From contig JAHCAW010000003.1 of the NCBI GenBank assembly GCA_019634695.1, positions 3,397-67,396 on the forward strand: 64,000 nt of DNA, read 5' to 3'. The notes beneath the pieces were generated by a model. That model was not told the DNA's origin, did no database searches, and saw only the letters and a program-made list of their open reading frames with translations. The first letter of the stretch is position 1. Each line of letters opens with the position of its first letter. Shown here one piece after another: positions 46,004 to 57,107 of the stretch. Origin of the DNA: Candidatus Sumerlaeia bacterium. GTDB taxonomy: Bacteria > Sumerlaeota > Sumerlaeia > SLMS01 > JAHLLQ01. Made by a program: the position numbers and the translations under genes.

Positions 46004-47216
46004 GTTGCAGGTGCGACACGTTGAAGATGTGGTGCAGCACCGACGCGCACGCGCCCAGCGCTCCCGAATTGAAGCCCAGCTCCGATACGATCACCTGCGG
46101 CGGATCGAGGAATGCGGGCAGCGTCTGCGCCCGCACGAACGCGCGCACGCGATCGAGGAACAGGTCCGAGTTCTCGCACACCGGCCCCGACAGGATCACG
46201 GCCTGCGGGCTCAGCAGATTCGACACCGTCGCGATGCCATGGCCCAGCGCGTCGGCGAACCGCGCGAAGACCGTCAGCGCCGTTGCGTCGCCCGAGCGTG
46301 CCCGCGCCGCCAGCGCCCGCACGTCCGTCACGTGCAGCCCGGCGGTCTTCGCCATGCGCAGCAAGCCCGAGCCCGAGGCGACGTTCTCCAGACAGGCCGT
46401 CCCGCCGCAGTAGCACGGCACTCCGTGCTCGCCCAGCGGCAGATGCCCGATCTCGCCCGCCGTCCGGAAGGCCCCGTGACAGATGCGCCGATTGATGACG
46501 ATGCCGCAGCCCAGACCGTAGGTCACGTTGATCGTCACGAACGTGGCCAGCTCGCGTCCGGCGCCGAACCAGAGGGCGCCCAGCGCCATCATGCGCGCGT
46601 CGTTGTCCACCAGAACTGGCACACCGAACGCCTCACCCAGCGCCAGCCGCACCGGCTCGGCCACCGAGCGATGATCGAAGTCCACGCCCTCGCGCGTCGC
46701 CACCAGTCCCGGAATCGCCACGCCGATGCCGGCCAGCGGCAGCAGGTGCTCGCGGTGCCCGCGCAGGACCGCGCCGACGAACTCCACCGCCCAGCGAACC
46801 CGCGCATCGAAACTCTCGAACGCCGGCGTCGGCGCCTCGTGCCGGAACAGGATCGCACCGCGCAGATTCACCAGCACGCCCGTCGTGCTCTTCACGCCCA
46901 ACTCGATGCCCAGGGCCATCGCCGCATCGTCGTTGAGCGAGATCGGCACCGGCCGCCGACCGCGCGGCGTCTCACGCGCCGGCGCTTCGTGCACCAGCCC
47001 GTCGCGCACCAACTCCTCGACGATGCTGGAGATGTTCGGCAGGTTGTAGCCCGTCGACCGTGCCAACTCCGCGCGCGAGGTCTCGCTGTTCTCGCGGATC
47101 AGGTTCAGCACCCGATGCTTGCGGATGCGGCGCAGCTCGACGTTGCGGTCCTCGGCCGCACTCCATTTCGGCAGGACAACGAGGTCGGCGCAGGTCGCGA
47201 TGGCCGGTGGCATCAT
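45987..47216 (-). CDS. ROK-family transcriptional regulator (NagC/Mlc-like)
   Basis: N-terminal wHTH (RVLNLIRENSETSRAELARSTGYNLPNISSIVEELVRDGLV). The ROK sugar-kinase-like body includes GHLPLGEHGVPCYCGGTACLE. Confidence 0.85.
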   Translation of the reverse strand: MMPPAIATCADLVVLPKWSAAEDRNVELRRIRKHRVLNLIRENSETSRAELARSTGYNLPNISSIVEELVRDGLVHEAPARETPRGRRPVPISLNDDAAMALGIELGVKSTTGVLVNLRGAILFRHEAPTPAFESFDARVRWAVEFVGAVLRGHREHLLPLAGIGVAIPGLVATREGVDFDHRSVAEPVRLALGEAFGVPVLVDNDARMMALGALWFGAGRELATFVTINVTYGLGCGIVINRRICHGAFRTAGEIGHLPLGEHGVPCYCGGTACLENVASGSGLLRMAKTAGLHVTDVRALAARARSGDATALTVFARFADALGHGIATVSNLLSPQAVILSGPVCENSDLFLDRVRAFVRAQTLPAFLDPPQVIVSELGFNSGALGACASVLHHIFNVSHLQLEEVF

Positions 47217-47263
47217 GGTGCCCCCTTCACGTTCGGACGCCGGCGTACTTGGCTTCCGATTAC

Positions 47264-47279
47264 TAAGTCTCTTTACTTA
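47264..47279. promoter_or_regulatory. Candidate ROK-regulator operator (AT-rich inverted repeat)
   Basis: TAAGT-ctcttt-ACTTA sits inside the only AT-rich patch (47258-47282) of the divergent ROK/solute-binding-protein intergenic region. Confidence 0.25.
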
Positions 47280-47424
47280 CTCCCGGCTTGGCCGGGGACA
47301 CAATCCCAAAATCCGCCACGATCCTTCCAAGCGTGCGACAGGAAGTCGTTGCGCTAAACCGGCTGGCACGGTGGGATCGCCGTCCGGGGGCAGGCGAGGC
47401 AGTCCGAGATCACGAGGCAGGCCG

Positions 47425-48996
47425 ATGGTGCGATGCATGTTGAGGGCAGTGGCAGCGTTTGCGCTGGTCATCCTGGCGGCCGGCTGCGCCCAGGAGCGCA
47501 CCGCCGCCGAGAAGGAGGGGACCCTCATCTATGGCTTTTCCGACAACTTCAAGACGTGGGACCCCGCCAGGCAGGTCTTCGCCCAGGAAACCGCCATCAT
47601 GCACCTGGTCTACGAGCCGATGGTGCGCTGGGGCCCGGACCTGACCATCGAGCCCTATCTGGCCGAGTCCTGGGAGGTCTCCGACGACTGCACCCAGTGG
47701 ACCTTCCACCTGCGTCAGGGCATCAAGTTCCATGATGGCACGACGCTGACCTCGGCGGCGATCAAGAGCCAGCTCGACCGCATCATGGACCCCGACGTCG
47801 CCGCCACGCGCGCACACATGATGGTCGATGTCGAACGCATCGAAACCCCCGACGACCACACCGTCCGCTTCCAGCTCAGCAACGCCAACTGCATGTTCGT
47901 CGAGCTGATGTCCAGCGCGTTCGCCTCCGTCTACAGCCCGAAGGCCTTCGAGACCCATGGCGCCGACATCGCCCAGCATCCCGTCGGCACGGGGGCGTTC
48001 ATCTTCGAGTCGTGGGACCAGGCCCGCATGCGTCTCGTCTTCCGACGCAACCCCGACTACTGGCGCGGCGACGTCATCAAGTTCGACCACCTGCAATTCC
48101 ATCAGGTTCGCGAGGCCACCACCCGCCTCACGCTTCTGGAGCAGGACCGCATCGACATGGCCTCCATCGCTCAGGAGCACGTTCAGGTTGCCCGCCGCAA
48201 CCCATCCATCGCCGTCCAGTCCACCCCCTATCTGTCCATCGTCTACATCGGCTTCAACACGCAGAAGCCCCCCTTCGACGATGTACGGGTGCGTCAGGCC
48301 TGCAACTACGCGGTCAACAAGCAGCACATGATCGACTACGTCTTCTTCGGCGTCGGCACGCCGGCGCGCGGGCCCCTTCCCGACGTCCTGCCCGCCTTCA
48401 ACGAGGAGGTGCGCTCGTACGACTACGATCCCGAGCGCGCCCGCGAGCTGCTCGCCGAGGCCGGCCACCCAAACGGCCTGCGCGTCAACCTTTGGACCAT
48501 GGAGACGGGCTCGTATCGCAAGGTCGCCGAGGCCACGGTCGGCTACCTCCGCGAGATCGGCGTCCACGTCAACATGATCGTCTACGACGAGGGCGTCTAC
48601 TGGGACAAGTTCGACGAGTACCTCACCCCCTCAGGCCAGCAGCATCCAACCCGCGACGGCGCTTACGACATGTACATCGGCGGCTGGGTCGGCGGCGAGG
48701 CACCCCAGCAGTTCCTTGAGCCGCTCTTCCAGAGCCGCTCGCTGAACAACGTCTCCTTCTACGCCAATCCGGAAGTGGATCGCCTGCTTGTCACCGCCAA
48801 GAACGAGCCCGATCCCGCCACCCGGACAGGCCACTTCAAGGCCATCCAGGCCCTCGTCGTCGAGGACGCCCCGTGGATCTTCGCCTACCATGGCCAGAAC
48901 AACGTCGGCGTCTCCCCGCGCGTCCAGGGCTTCCGCGTCCATCCCTCCGGCCGGCTCTTCTTCGACAACGTGCGGCTTGTGGAACCGACCAACTGA
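47425..48996 (+). CDS. ABC transporter substrate-binding protein, family 5 (oligosaccharide/peptide type), lipoprotein
   Basis: MVRCMLRAVAAFALVILAAGC, TFHLRQGIKFHDGT, LSIVYIGFNTQKPPFDDVRVRQA, WTMETGSYRKVAEA. Confidence 0.85.
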   Translation: MVRCMLRAVAAFALVILAAGCAQERTAAEKEGTLIYGFSDNFKTWDPARQVFAQETAIMHLVYEPMVRWGPDLTIEPYLAESWEVSDDCTQWTFHLRQGIKFHDGTTLTSAAIKSQLDRIMDPDVAATRAHMMVDVERIETPDDHTVRFQLSNANCMFVELMSSAFASVYSPKAFETHGADIAQHPVGTGAFIFESWDQARMRLVFRRNPDYWRGDVIKFDHLQFHQVREATTRLTLLEQDRIDMASIAQEHVQVARRNPSIAVQSTPYLSIVYIGFNTQKPPFDDVRVRQACNYAVNKQHMIDYVFFGVGTPARGPLPDVLPAFNEEVRSYDYDPERARELLAEAGHPNGLRVNLWTMETGSYRKVAEATVGYLREIGVHVNMIVYDEGVYWDKFDEYLTPSGQQHPTRDGAYDMYIGGWVGGEAPQQFLEPLFQSRSLNNVSFYANPEVDRLLVTAKNEPDPATRTGHFKAIQALVVEDAPWIFAYHGQNNVGVSPRVQGFRVHPSGRLFFDNVRLVEPTN

Positions 48997-49011
48997 ACCG
49001 GCTCACGCGCC

Positions 49012-49917
<906 letters not shown>

Positions 49918-49920
49918 TGG

Positions 49921-51057
49921 TTAACTCGGCGGAATCGACAGGATTCGCTCCACTTCGTCGCTCATGAATCCGATCACGTTGGCCCGCCGCGCCCCGGGCA
50001 GCACGGTCACCTCGTACAGCTCTGTGATCTGCCCCGAGAAGGTCATCCGGTGGGCGATCTCGCCCGACCGCAGGTCGATCACCAGCACCGCGCACGACGG
50101 CCGCGCGTTGTGGCTCTTCAGGTTTCCTTCCAGCTCCAGATCCGAGAAGGTCCGGTCCACCCGCTGGTCCGAAATCCCGACCACCGCATACGGCCCCGTG
50201 AACGAAAGCCCGCGTGCAAACCCGGGACAGAAGCACACCGGCGCCTTCTCCCCGGTCGCCGGATCGATCCGCAGCAGCCAACCCGAGCCCGCGTTCAGCA
50301 GATAGAGCGCCCCGTCGTGCCAGCGCGGCGAGTGCGGCATCGACAGCCCCGTCGCCACCACGGCGTTCGCCTCCACATCGACCAGCACGCCGCCGCTCGA
50401 GCGGTGCGCCCGCCAGCCCTCCAGCGCGTCTGCCATCCCCACCGCCGTCACGTAGCGCAACCGCCCGTCCCGCAGCGCCAGCCCGTTCAGGTGGCAGCGG
50501 TCCTCGGGCTGCAAGGCGCTGATCCACCACGGCCGCCACACCGGCCGGAAGCTGTAGTCCGCATCCACCGTCGCCACGCAACCGAACAGCGTGTTGGCGA
50601 ACACCAGGCGCCCGTCGGCCTCCACCGCCATGTCGTGAATGTCGATTGTCCCCGTGACGTGACAGGTCCGCGGGCAGTAGAGTCGGTCGTAGCCGCTGAC
50701 CGTGCGGCCGGGCTCGACCATGTTGCGGAAGCGCCAGACCTGATAGGCGGAGCTGAGCCAAAGGTCCTGGCCCGCGGCGCACAGGCCCATGGCGCGTTGG
50801 AACGCGCGCACCGTCCACGCCAGGCGCGAGTGCTCGTCGAGGCCCAGGCAGAACAGCCGCCCCGTGTGATACGTCGAAAGGGCAATGCCGACTTCCTGCT
50901 CCTCCAGCCAGGCGGCGAACCCTTCGCTGGGTTCGAGCCCGAACTCGTTGGGCACCCGGCGCGGCGGCCCCGACTTGGGCAGCTCCGGCCGGGCCCCGAA
51001 CGGGCGGGGATTCGCCTGTGGCTTCTTGCGCTTCTTCGCCATCAATCGGAACTCCAT
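49921..51057 (-). CDS. TIGR03032-family protein (function unknown)
   Basis: YDRLYCPR, DIHDMAV, FANTLFGCVATV, EDRCHLNGLA, GLSMPHSPRWHDG, FCPGFARGLSF, LYEVTVLPG. An alternative ATG lies at 51042. Confidence 0.8.
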   Translation of the reverse strand: MEFRLMAKKRKKPQANPRPFGARPELPKSGPPRRVPNEFGLEPSEGFAAWLEEQEVGIALSTYHTGRLFCLGLDEHSRLAWTVRAFQRAMGLCAAGQDLWLSSAYQVWRFRNMVEPGRTVSGYDRLYCPRTCHVTGTIDIHDMAVEADGRLVFANTLFGCVATVDADYSFRPVWRPWWISALQPEDRCHLNGLALRDGRLRYVTAVGMADALEGWRAHRSSGGVLVDVEANAVVATGLSMPHSPRWHDGALYLLNAGSGWLLRIDPATGEKAPVCFCPGFARGLSFTGPYAVVGISDQRVDRTFSDLELEGNLKSHNARPSCAVLVIDLRSGEIAHRMTFSGQITELYEVTVLPGARRANVIGFMSDEVERILSIPPS

Positions 51058-51209
51058 GATTGTGCGGGGAGTAACCCCAGTTGCCGGTGACCCTGACTGG
51101 CCCGTCCCCGCCGGGCAAGCCCCGCGTCGCGCCCTGCTCGTACTCCACAACGAAACCGGGCCCCGTCGAAACGGGGCCCGGGGAACCGTCGGGTTGCCGC
51201 ACGAGCGAC

Positions 51210-52799
51210 TTACTCGTACAGGTGCCACATCGGCTGCGCCGAGGCGCTGCCGACGACGTTGAACGCCTGCGAGGCCGGCGCCGCGACCGTCAGGTCCGAC
51301 GCACCGCCCTGCGTGAAGGCGCGGACCTGCTCGGTCGTCCGGTCCACGATGTACAGGTTGCCGAACTTGTCGAACTCGATGCCCGAGCCGAACGTGCTGG
51401 TCGCCAGACCCGTGCCGATGGTCTCATAGTTGATCACGAGGTCGCCCGAGGCGGGCTCGTGCGGGGCCGCATCGGTGCCGAGGGTCGCAGTCGACTTGTT
51501 CGCGATCCGCCACACGCCACGCGGCGAGCCCACACCGTTTGCCAGGTAGACATCTCCGGAGGTCGGGTCGATCGCCGCATCGAGACCACGCAGGGCACCC
51601 GCGGGCAACTGGACAACCCACGCGGCGTTGGCGTCGGTCAGGGCGCCGAAGGTGTTGCCGCTGGCCGAGGCCTCGACATCGGCGGCGTTCCAGCGGTACA
51701 ACCGACCGCCGTCGCCCGTAGTCGTGATTGCTGGCGTCACGTCGCGGGTCACCCAGTACAGGTTGCCGTCGTCATCGAACAGCACGCCCTTGGAGTAGCG
51801 CGTCGCGGTGATCGTCAGGATGTTGTTCCACGTGTTGGTTGTGGCATCGATCGCGCCGCCGGTGACCTGATTGTTGTTGTCGATCGGAACGCGCGCGATG
51901 CGTCCATTGCCGGCCGTCAGGTAGGCGAACTTGCCCGCCGCATGCCGCGCCACCGCGATCGTGCGGGGATACATCAGTTGCGCGATCAGCGAGTTGGCGT
52001 CCGCCGTGGTCAGCGTCTGGTCATAGCCGCCGTCGGCATTGGCCGCCGTCAGGATGCAGTGCGACTGCGTCACCGTGGCGTGACCGGTGCCGACAGGGTC
52101 CTGACCGCTGACCCACACGCGGTTGATGTCGTCCGGATCGGACGTGATGCCCCAAGTCGCCTGATTCGTGCCTTGTGCGGGGTCCAAGCCGTCGGCGCGC
52201 TGCCGCAGAACGCGGCTGGCGAGGCCGTCATCCCCACCGGTGATGCTCAGGTCCGAGTTGAACAGGATCACCGCGCGGTGGATCGGAGTGGTGGTGAACG
52301 ACGAGGTCGCGGCCACGATGCCGAACAGGTCGCTCTCCTCGTTCTTGTTGATGTAGACGTCGTTGCCCGAGAAGCCGTTGAAGATGGTGTTGAGCGTGGC
52401 CGCGGGGCCGGCATTGGCGAGGGAACGATTCGACGCGAACTCGGCCCAGCCGGCCGCCGTCGCACCCACCACCTGCACGGTGGCGAAGTAGTTCGAGCCG
52501 ATGGCGACGTCGGTGCCGCCCGCGTTGGTGTCCGTGCCGTCCCAGACGACGCTGTTGACGCCCGAGGCCGTCGTGCCGGCGAACGACGCCACCGGCGTGT
52601 CCGTCGACGGATTCTGGCCGTCGGAGAAGATGCGAATCGTCACCGAGGTGGCCGGCATGTTCAGCACGTAGCTGATGGTCGAACCGGCCTCGAACACCGC
52701 CGTCGGCGTCTTGATCTGCGAAGCATAGGGCACGGCAAGGGCACCCGAGGTCAGCATGGCCGCACCGGCGGTCGCTGCCAAGATGGTTCTTTTCTTCAT
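51210..52799 (-). CDS. Secreted protein: FlgD-Ig-like N-domain plus beta-propeller-like body, ending ...SASAQPMWHLYE
   Basis: GGAGGA RBS and signal MKKRTILAATAGAAMLTSGALA. VTIRIFSDGQ...VVWDGTD is a FlgD/FLgD-Ig-type pattern. NHL-like repeats (GNLYWV, GDVYLA, GNLYIVD) follow. Confidence 0.65.
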   Translation of the reverse strand: MKKRTILAATAGAAMLTSGALAVPYASQIKTPTAVFEAGSTISYVLNMPATSVTIRIFSDGQNPSTDTPVASFAGTTASGVNSVVWDGTDTNAGGTDVAIGSNYFATVQVVGATAAGWAEFASNRSLANAGPAATLNTIFNGFSGNDVYINKNEESDLFGIVAATSSFTTTPIHRAVILFNSDLSITGGDDGLASRVLRQRADGLDPAQGTNQATWGITSDPDDINRVWVSGQDPVGTGHATVTQSHCILTAANADGGYDQTLTTADANSLIAQLMYPRTIAVARHAAGKFAYLTAGNGRIARVPIDNNNQVTGGAIDATTNTWNNILTITATRYSKGVLFDDDGNLYWVTRDVTPAITTTGDGGRLYRWNAADVEASASGNTFGALTDANAAWVVQLPAGALRGLDAAIDPTSGDVYLANGVGSPRGVWRIANKSTATLGTDAAPHEPASGDLVINYETIGTGLATSTFGSGIEFDKFGNLYIVDRTTEQVRAFTQGGASDLTVAAPASQAFNVVGSASAQPMWHLYE

Positions 52800-53248
52800 G
52801 ATGAGGGATCCTCCTGAAGGGATTGGTGCTACGAGGGAAAGGTGCAGGCTGGTTGCTTTGTAGAGGCTTTCCGGCAGGCCTGTCAAGGGCAACCGGTCGG
52901 CAGGCAAGAGTGCCCACCTCTGTGAGAATCCCTGACGCAGGCAGCGCCCCTGTATCTGCTCCGTATGTCTCGCGTGCGAACTGTAAGTTTCCGACGTAAG
53001 AACAGTAAAATCAGTCATATAAGACCGACCCCTTCATACAGGTCCTCGCCCCGCAAGGCGCAAGAATCGGGGTTGACCGTGCCCCCCTCTTGATGCTTAG
53101 TGACCACGACGCTGGCGGCTTGTTTCCCTTTCCCTCGGTCATTCACGGGCAAGGGGGCCAAACCGGGCAGCCCAAAGGATAAGTCCCAACTGGCAGTGCG
53201 GAGCGACGTGCCGCACACCCAGATTCCCATCACGAAGGAGCAGGTTCC

Positions 53249-54226
53249 ATGCAGAAGAAGACGCATTTTGCGGCGGTGCTCGCTGGACTCGGCGTGCTTG
53301 CCGCCGGACAGGTGTTCGCGCAGGGCTTCATCATCGATTCCGTGCTGTTCGAGACCGACTTCGCGACCGACCAGTCGGCGAACTTCACCGTCTCGCACCA
53401 GGCCGCACCGGCCGACAACCAGATCGACTTCAGCTACGACTACTCGACCTTCGCCCAGGCCGCCAGCGGCTTCCCGACCTCGATCCCGCAGTCGCCCAGC
53501 ACCGTTGCGGCCAACACCCGTGCCCTGCGCATGGCGACCAACACCGGCGCCACCGGCGTCGTGAACGCCATCACCGCCACCCTCAACGGCGTGTCGCAAG
53601 CCAACATGCGCATCACGTTCGACGGCTGGATCAACTACAACGGCGGCGCCGGCGGCGGTACCGGCTCCACCGAGTTCATCACCTTCGGCGCCAGCGCCAA
53701 CAGCGCCCTGCCCGCCGCCCCGGGCAGCAACTACCTCACCAGCGTCAACCCCAGCTTCAACGGCTTCTACTTCACCCTCGCGGGTGAGGGTGGCGCGGCC
53801 CAGGACTATCGTTACTACGACGGTAACGGCGGCGCTGCGGTCGGCAACAACGGCGCGCTCGCCAACTTCGGCGGCGACGGATCGGTCGACCACAATGCGG
53901 CCTTCTTCCAGAGCACCTTCCCGTCCCCGGCCTTCGAGACCGCCGGCGCCCCCGGCAAGGCGTGGCTCACCTACGAGCTCGTCATCCTCAACGGCTCCGT
54001 TCGCCTCTCCATCACCAAGCCGGACAACAGCGAAGTCGTCCTGTGCAACTGGTTCATTCCGAACGCCGGCACGACCCTGACCGGTCTGGCCCCGCACTTC
54101 GGCACGGCCGACGTTTTCGCCAGCCTTGCCGTTCCGGCCAGCGACAACTTCGTCCTGATCGACAACGTCAAGGTCGAGGCCATCTCGGCCGCCGCCAGCG
54201 CCGGCAACTGGGCCCTGTACCAGTAA
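53249..54226 (+). CDS. Secreted protein, possibly with a lectin/LamG-like beta-sandwich, ending ...SAAASAGNWALYQ
   Basis: GAAGGAG RBS and signal MQKKTHFAAVLAGLGVLAAGQVFA. The sequence is Gly/Asn/Ala-rich. No confident family. Confidence 0.6.
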   Translation: MQKKTHFAAVLAGLGVLAAGQVFAQGFIIDSVLFETDFATDQSANFTVSHQAAPADNQIDFSYDYSTFAQAASGFPTSIPQSPSTVAANTRALRMATNTGATGVVNAITATLNGVSQANMRITFDGWINYNGGAGGGTGSTEFITFGASANSALPAAPGSNYLTSVNPSFNGFYFTLAGEGGAAQDYRYYDGNGGAAVGNNGALANFGGDGSVDHNAAFFQSTFPSPAFETAGAPGKAWLTYELVILNGSVRLSITKPDNSEVVLCNWFIPNAGTTLTGLAPHFGTADVFASLAVPASDNFVLIDNVKVEAISAAASAGNWALYQ

Positions 54227-54252
54227 GCCAGCAATCCAACTGCAGTGCCTTC

Positions 54253-54290
54253 GGGGCGTGCATCTCGCGATGCACGCCCCTTCTGCTTTC
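54253..54290 (+). terminator. Rho-independent terminator
   Basis: GGGGCGTGCATC (54253-54264), loop tcgc, GATGCACGCCCC (54269-80): a 12-bp perfect stem followed by ttctgctttc. Confidence 0.85.
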
Positions 54291-54392
54291 CAAGCCGCCC
54301 GACACGAACGCCGGGCAGGACTTGGCTTTGACCCGCCGCAGCCGCAGAGCGACAACCGGCGCCGGGCCATTCGGGACACGGAGTACCACACG

Positions 54393-55583
54393 ATGACACG
54401 GGCGCGGATCATCCTGAAGGCAGGACGCGACGAGTCCTTGCGCCGGCGCCACCCGTGGGTCTTCACCGGCGGGATCGAGCGCGTCGAAGGCGACCCGGAC
54501 TCGGGCGCCACGGTGGATGTCGTCACGACGGACGGGGCGTGGCGGGCCCGTGGGGCCTGGTCGCCGGCGTCGCAGATGCGCGTGCGCGCCTGGACGTTCG
54601 ACGAGCGAGAGGCGGTGGACGCGGCGTTCTTTCGCGCGCGCCTGGAGCGCGCGTTGGGCATGCGGCGGGCGTTGGGCCTCGACGGCGCCGAAGCGGCCTG
54701 CCGGCTGGTCAACGCCGAATCCGACGGCCTGCCCGGCGTGATTGTGGATCGCTACGGCCCTTGGTTGGCCTGCCAGTTCCTGTCGGCCGGCGCCGAGTTC
54801 TGGCGCGCGACCATCGTCGAAGCACTGGGCGAGCTCGGCCCTTGGCGCGGTCTCTTCGAGCGCTCCGACACCGACGCGCGGACGAAGGAAGGGCTGCCCG
54901 AACGCGTCGGCCGCCTGGCCGGCGATGAGCCGCCCGACCGCGTCCCCTTCGTCGAGGACGGCGTCCGCTACGAGGTGGACCTGCGCCGCGGACACAAGAC
55001 GGGCTTCTATCTGGACCAGCGCGAGAACCGGGCGCTGCTGCGAACGCTGGCGGGTGGCCGCGAGGTGCTCAACGCGTTCTCCTACACGGGCGGCTTTGGG
55101 CTGGCGGCGCTGGCGGGCGGGGCCGCTCGCGTGACGAACGTGGACTCGTCGGCCGAGGCGCTGGCGCAGGCCCGCGCCCATGCGGCCGTGAACGGTTTCG
55201 ACAAGGCGCGCTTCGAGTGCGTCGAGGCGGACGTCTTCCACCACCTGCGCCGATGCCGCGATGCCGGCAGTGCGTTCGACGTGATCGTGCTGGACCCACC
55301 GAAATTCGCGGCCTCGGCCGGTCAGGTGGATCGGGCGGCGCGGGGCTACAAGGACATCAACCTGCTGGCGTTCAAGCTGTTGCGGCCCGGCGGCCTGCTG
55401 ATGACCTTCTCGTGTTCGGGCCACGTGCCGCCGCCGCTCTTCCAGAAGATCGTGGCCGACGCGGCGCTGGACGCCGGGCGCGACGGACGCATTGTGCGCT
55501 TCCTGTCGCAGGCCCCCGACCATCCGGTTGGCACGGCCTTCCCGGAGGGGCACTACCTGAAGGGCCTGCTGTGCGAGGCGTAG
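54393..55583 (+). CDS. rlmI: 23S rRNA m5C methyltransferase RlmI-like (PUA + class I SAM MTase)
   Basis: RRRHPWVF, DGLPGVIVDRYG, HKTGFYLDQREN, VLNAFSYTGGF, VIVLDPPKF, YKDINLLA. Confidence 0.85.
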   Translation: MTRARIILKAGRDESLRRRHPWVFTGGIERVEGDPDSGATVDVVTTDGAWRARGAWSPASQMRVRAWTFDEREAVDAAFFRARLERALGMRRALGLDGAEAACRLVNAESDGLPGVIVDRYGPWLACQFLSAGAEFWRATIVEALGELGPWRGLFERSDTDARTKEGLPERVGRLAGDEPPDRVPFVEDGVRYEVDLRRGHKTGFYLDQRENRALLRTLAGGREVLNAFSYTGGFGLAALAGGAARVTNVDSSAEALAQARAHAAVNGFDKARFECVEADVFHHLRRCRDAGSAFDVIVLDPPKFAASAGQVDRAARGYKDINLLAFKLLRPGGLLMTFSCSGHVPPPLFQKIVADAALDAGRDGRIVRFLSQAPDHPVGTAFPEGHYLKGLLCEA

Positions 55584-55625
55584 GGTGAAGACGGAAAGTC
55601 GAACGATCCTGGCGGGAGTCGTCAC

Positions 55626-57083
55626 ATGGAGTTGCGCCGGTCCGTGATGCTGCTTGTGGTGGTTGCGTTGTCGACTCTTGCGGGGGCAGCCGCGCCGATG
55701 GTCTCGCCGGGCGACCACCAGATGACGTTCACCAGCACGTGGGACGGCACGGAGCAGCCGTATCGGCTGTTCGTGCCGCGCGGCGTGGGCGAGCGACCGT
55801 TGCCGCTGGCCGTCGTGCTGCACGGCCACGGCGTGGACCACAACGCGTGGTTCGACTTCACGCCGATCAAGTCGGCGGCCGAGGGCCAGGGCTACGCGGT
55901 GGCCGCCCCGCTCGGGCGCGGCAACGGATGGTATCGCGCCGCCGCCGAGCGCGACGTGCTCGACATCATCGACCACGTGGCCACGCAGTTCGCCGTCGAT
56001 GCGGACCGCGTGTATCTGATGGGGCATTCGATGGGCGGCTGGGGAACGGCCTGGATCGGCCTGCGCAACGCGGAGCGCTTCGCGGCGATCGCGCCGATGT
56101 CGGGTTGGGCGCCCCTGGATCTGCTGCCCAACGCGCGCCACTTGGCGCCGTTCCTCGTTCACGACGCCGACGATCCGATCGTGCCCGCGGGCAACTCGCG
56201 CACGGCGGTCGCGCGGCTCGGCGAACTCGGCATCTCGCATCGCTATCGCGAGGAGATCGGCTACGGCCACGCGAGCGCGCTGATCGGGGACAACTTCGCG
56301 CGCCTGTTCGACTGGTTCGGCCAGCATCGTCGCGTGACGAACCCACGGCGCGTGACGCTGGCCGCCCGCACGCCGGCGGCCGGCTCCCTCCACTGGGTGC
56401 GGCTACTCGACACGGCAGTCTTTCCGGAGACCGCGACGATCGACGCGCGCGTGCGCGACGATGGCAGCGTCGAGGTCGCGACGCGGAACGTGACGGCCTT
56501 CGCGCTGCGCCTGTCGGGCCTTCCCATCCGTGCCGCGGACACGCGCCGCGTCGTCGTCGACGGTGCCGAATTCGAAATTGTCGGTTCTCAGGAGTGGTAT
56601 CGCTTCCACTCGACCGATGCCTGGAGCGGCACGGCGCTGGCCGGCGAGCCCCCCGTCTACTCGAGTCCGGAGATCACCCTGCCCTGGGAAATGCCCGATC
56701 CGTCCGACGTGGACGCCTGGCAGCGCGCCTGGACCGAGATCCTCGTCGGAGCCGCCGGCGCCGAAGTCGGCCTGTTCGCCTACCTGCCCTTCCGGTATCA
56801 CGACGTGCCATGGACGCGCGACGCACTGCTCGATATCTACGTCTACGCCGAAGAGTACCTCGGCCGGGCGCACCTGACCGGACACGAGATCACGGCGCAA
56901 TTGCTTCGATCCGACATTCAGTATTCGATCGGCGGCGTCGCGACCGACGACCTGGAACTCGACCGCGTCTACGACGTGATCTCGCCGGTGCTCGTGCTGC
57001 GACGCATGGGCGTCGAGCCGACCGAAATCCTTCCCGAACGCGTCGACACGATGCTCGTGCGGGCCGTGCTGGCGGCGGAGTAG
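55626..57083 (+). CDS. Secreted alpha/beta hydrolase (esterase/peptidase-like) with a C-terminal extension
   Basis: Signal peptide, LAVVLHGHG, and the nucleophile elbow GHSMGG, followed by FLVHDADDPIVP. Confidence 0.7.
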   Translation: MELRRSVMLLVVVALSTLAGAAAPMVSPGDHQMTFTSTWDGTEQPYRLFVPRGVGERPLPLAVVLHGHGVDHNAWFDFTPIKSAAEGQGYAVAAPLGRGNGWYRAAAERDVLDIIDHVATQFAVDADRVYLMGHSMGGWGTAWIGLRNAERFAAIAPMSGWAPLDLLPNARHLAPFLVHDADDPIVPAGNSRTAVARLGELGISHRYREEIGYGHASALIGDNFARLFDWFGQHRRVTNPRRVTLAARTPAAGSLHWVRLLDTAVFPETATIDARVRDDGSVEVATRNVTAFALRLSGLPIRAADTRRVVVDGAEFEIVGSQEWYRFHSTDAWSGTALAGEPPVYSSPEITLPWEMPDPSDVDAWQRAWTEILVGAAGAEVGLFAYLPFRYHDVPWTRDALLDIYVYAEEYLGRAHLTGHEITAQLLRSDIQYSIGGVATDDLELDRVYDVISPVLVLRRMGVEPTEILPERVDTMLVRAVLAAE

Positions 57084-57107
57084 TCGCCATGCCAGCTTGC
57101 CGCCGCC

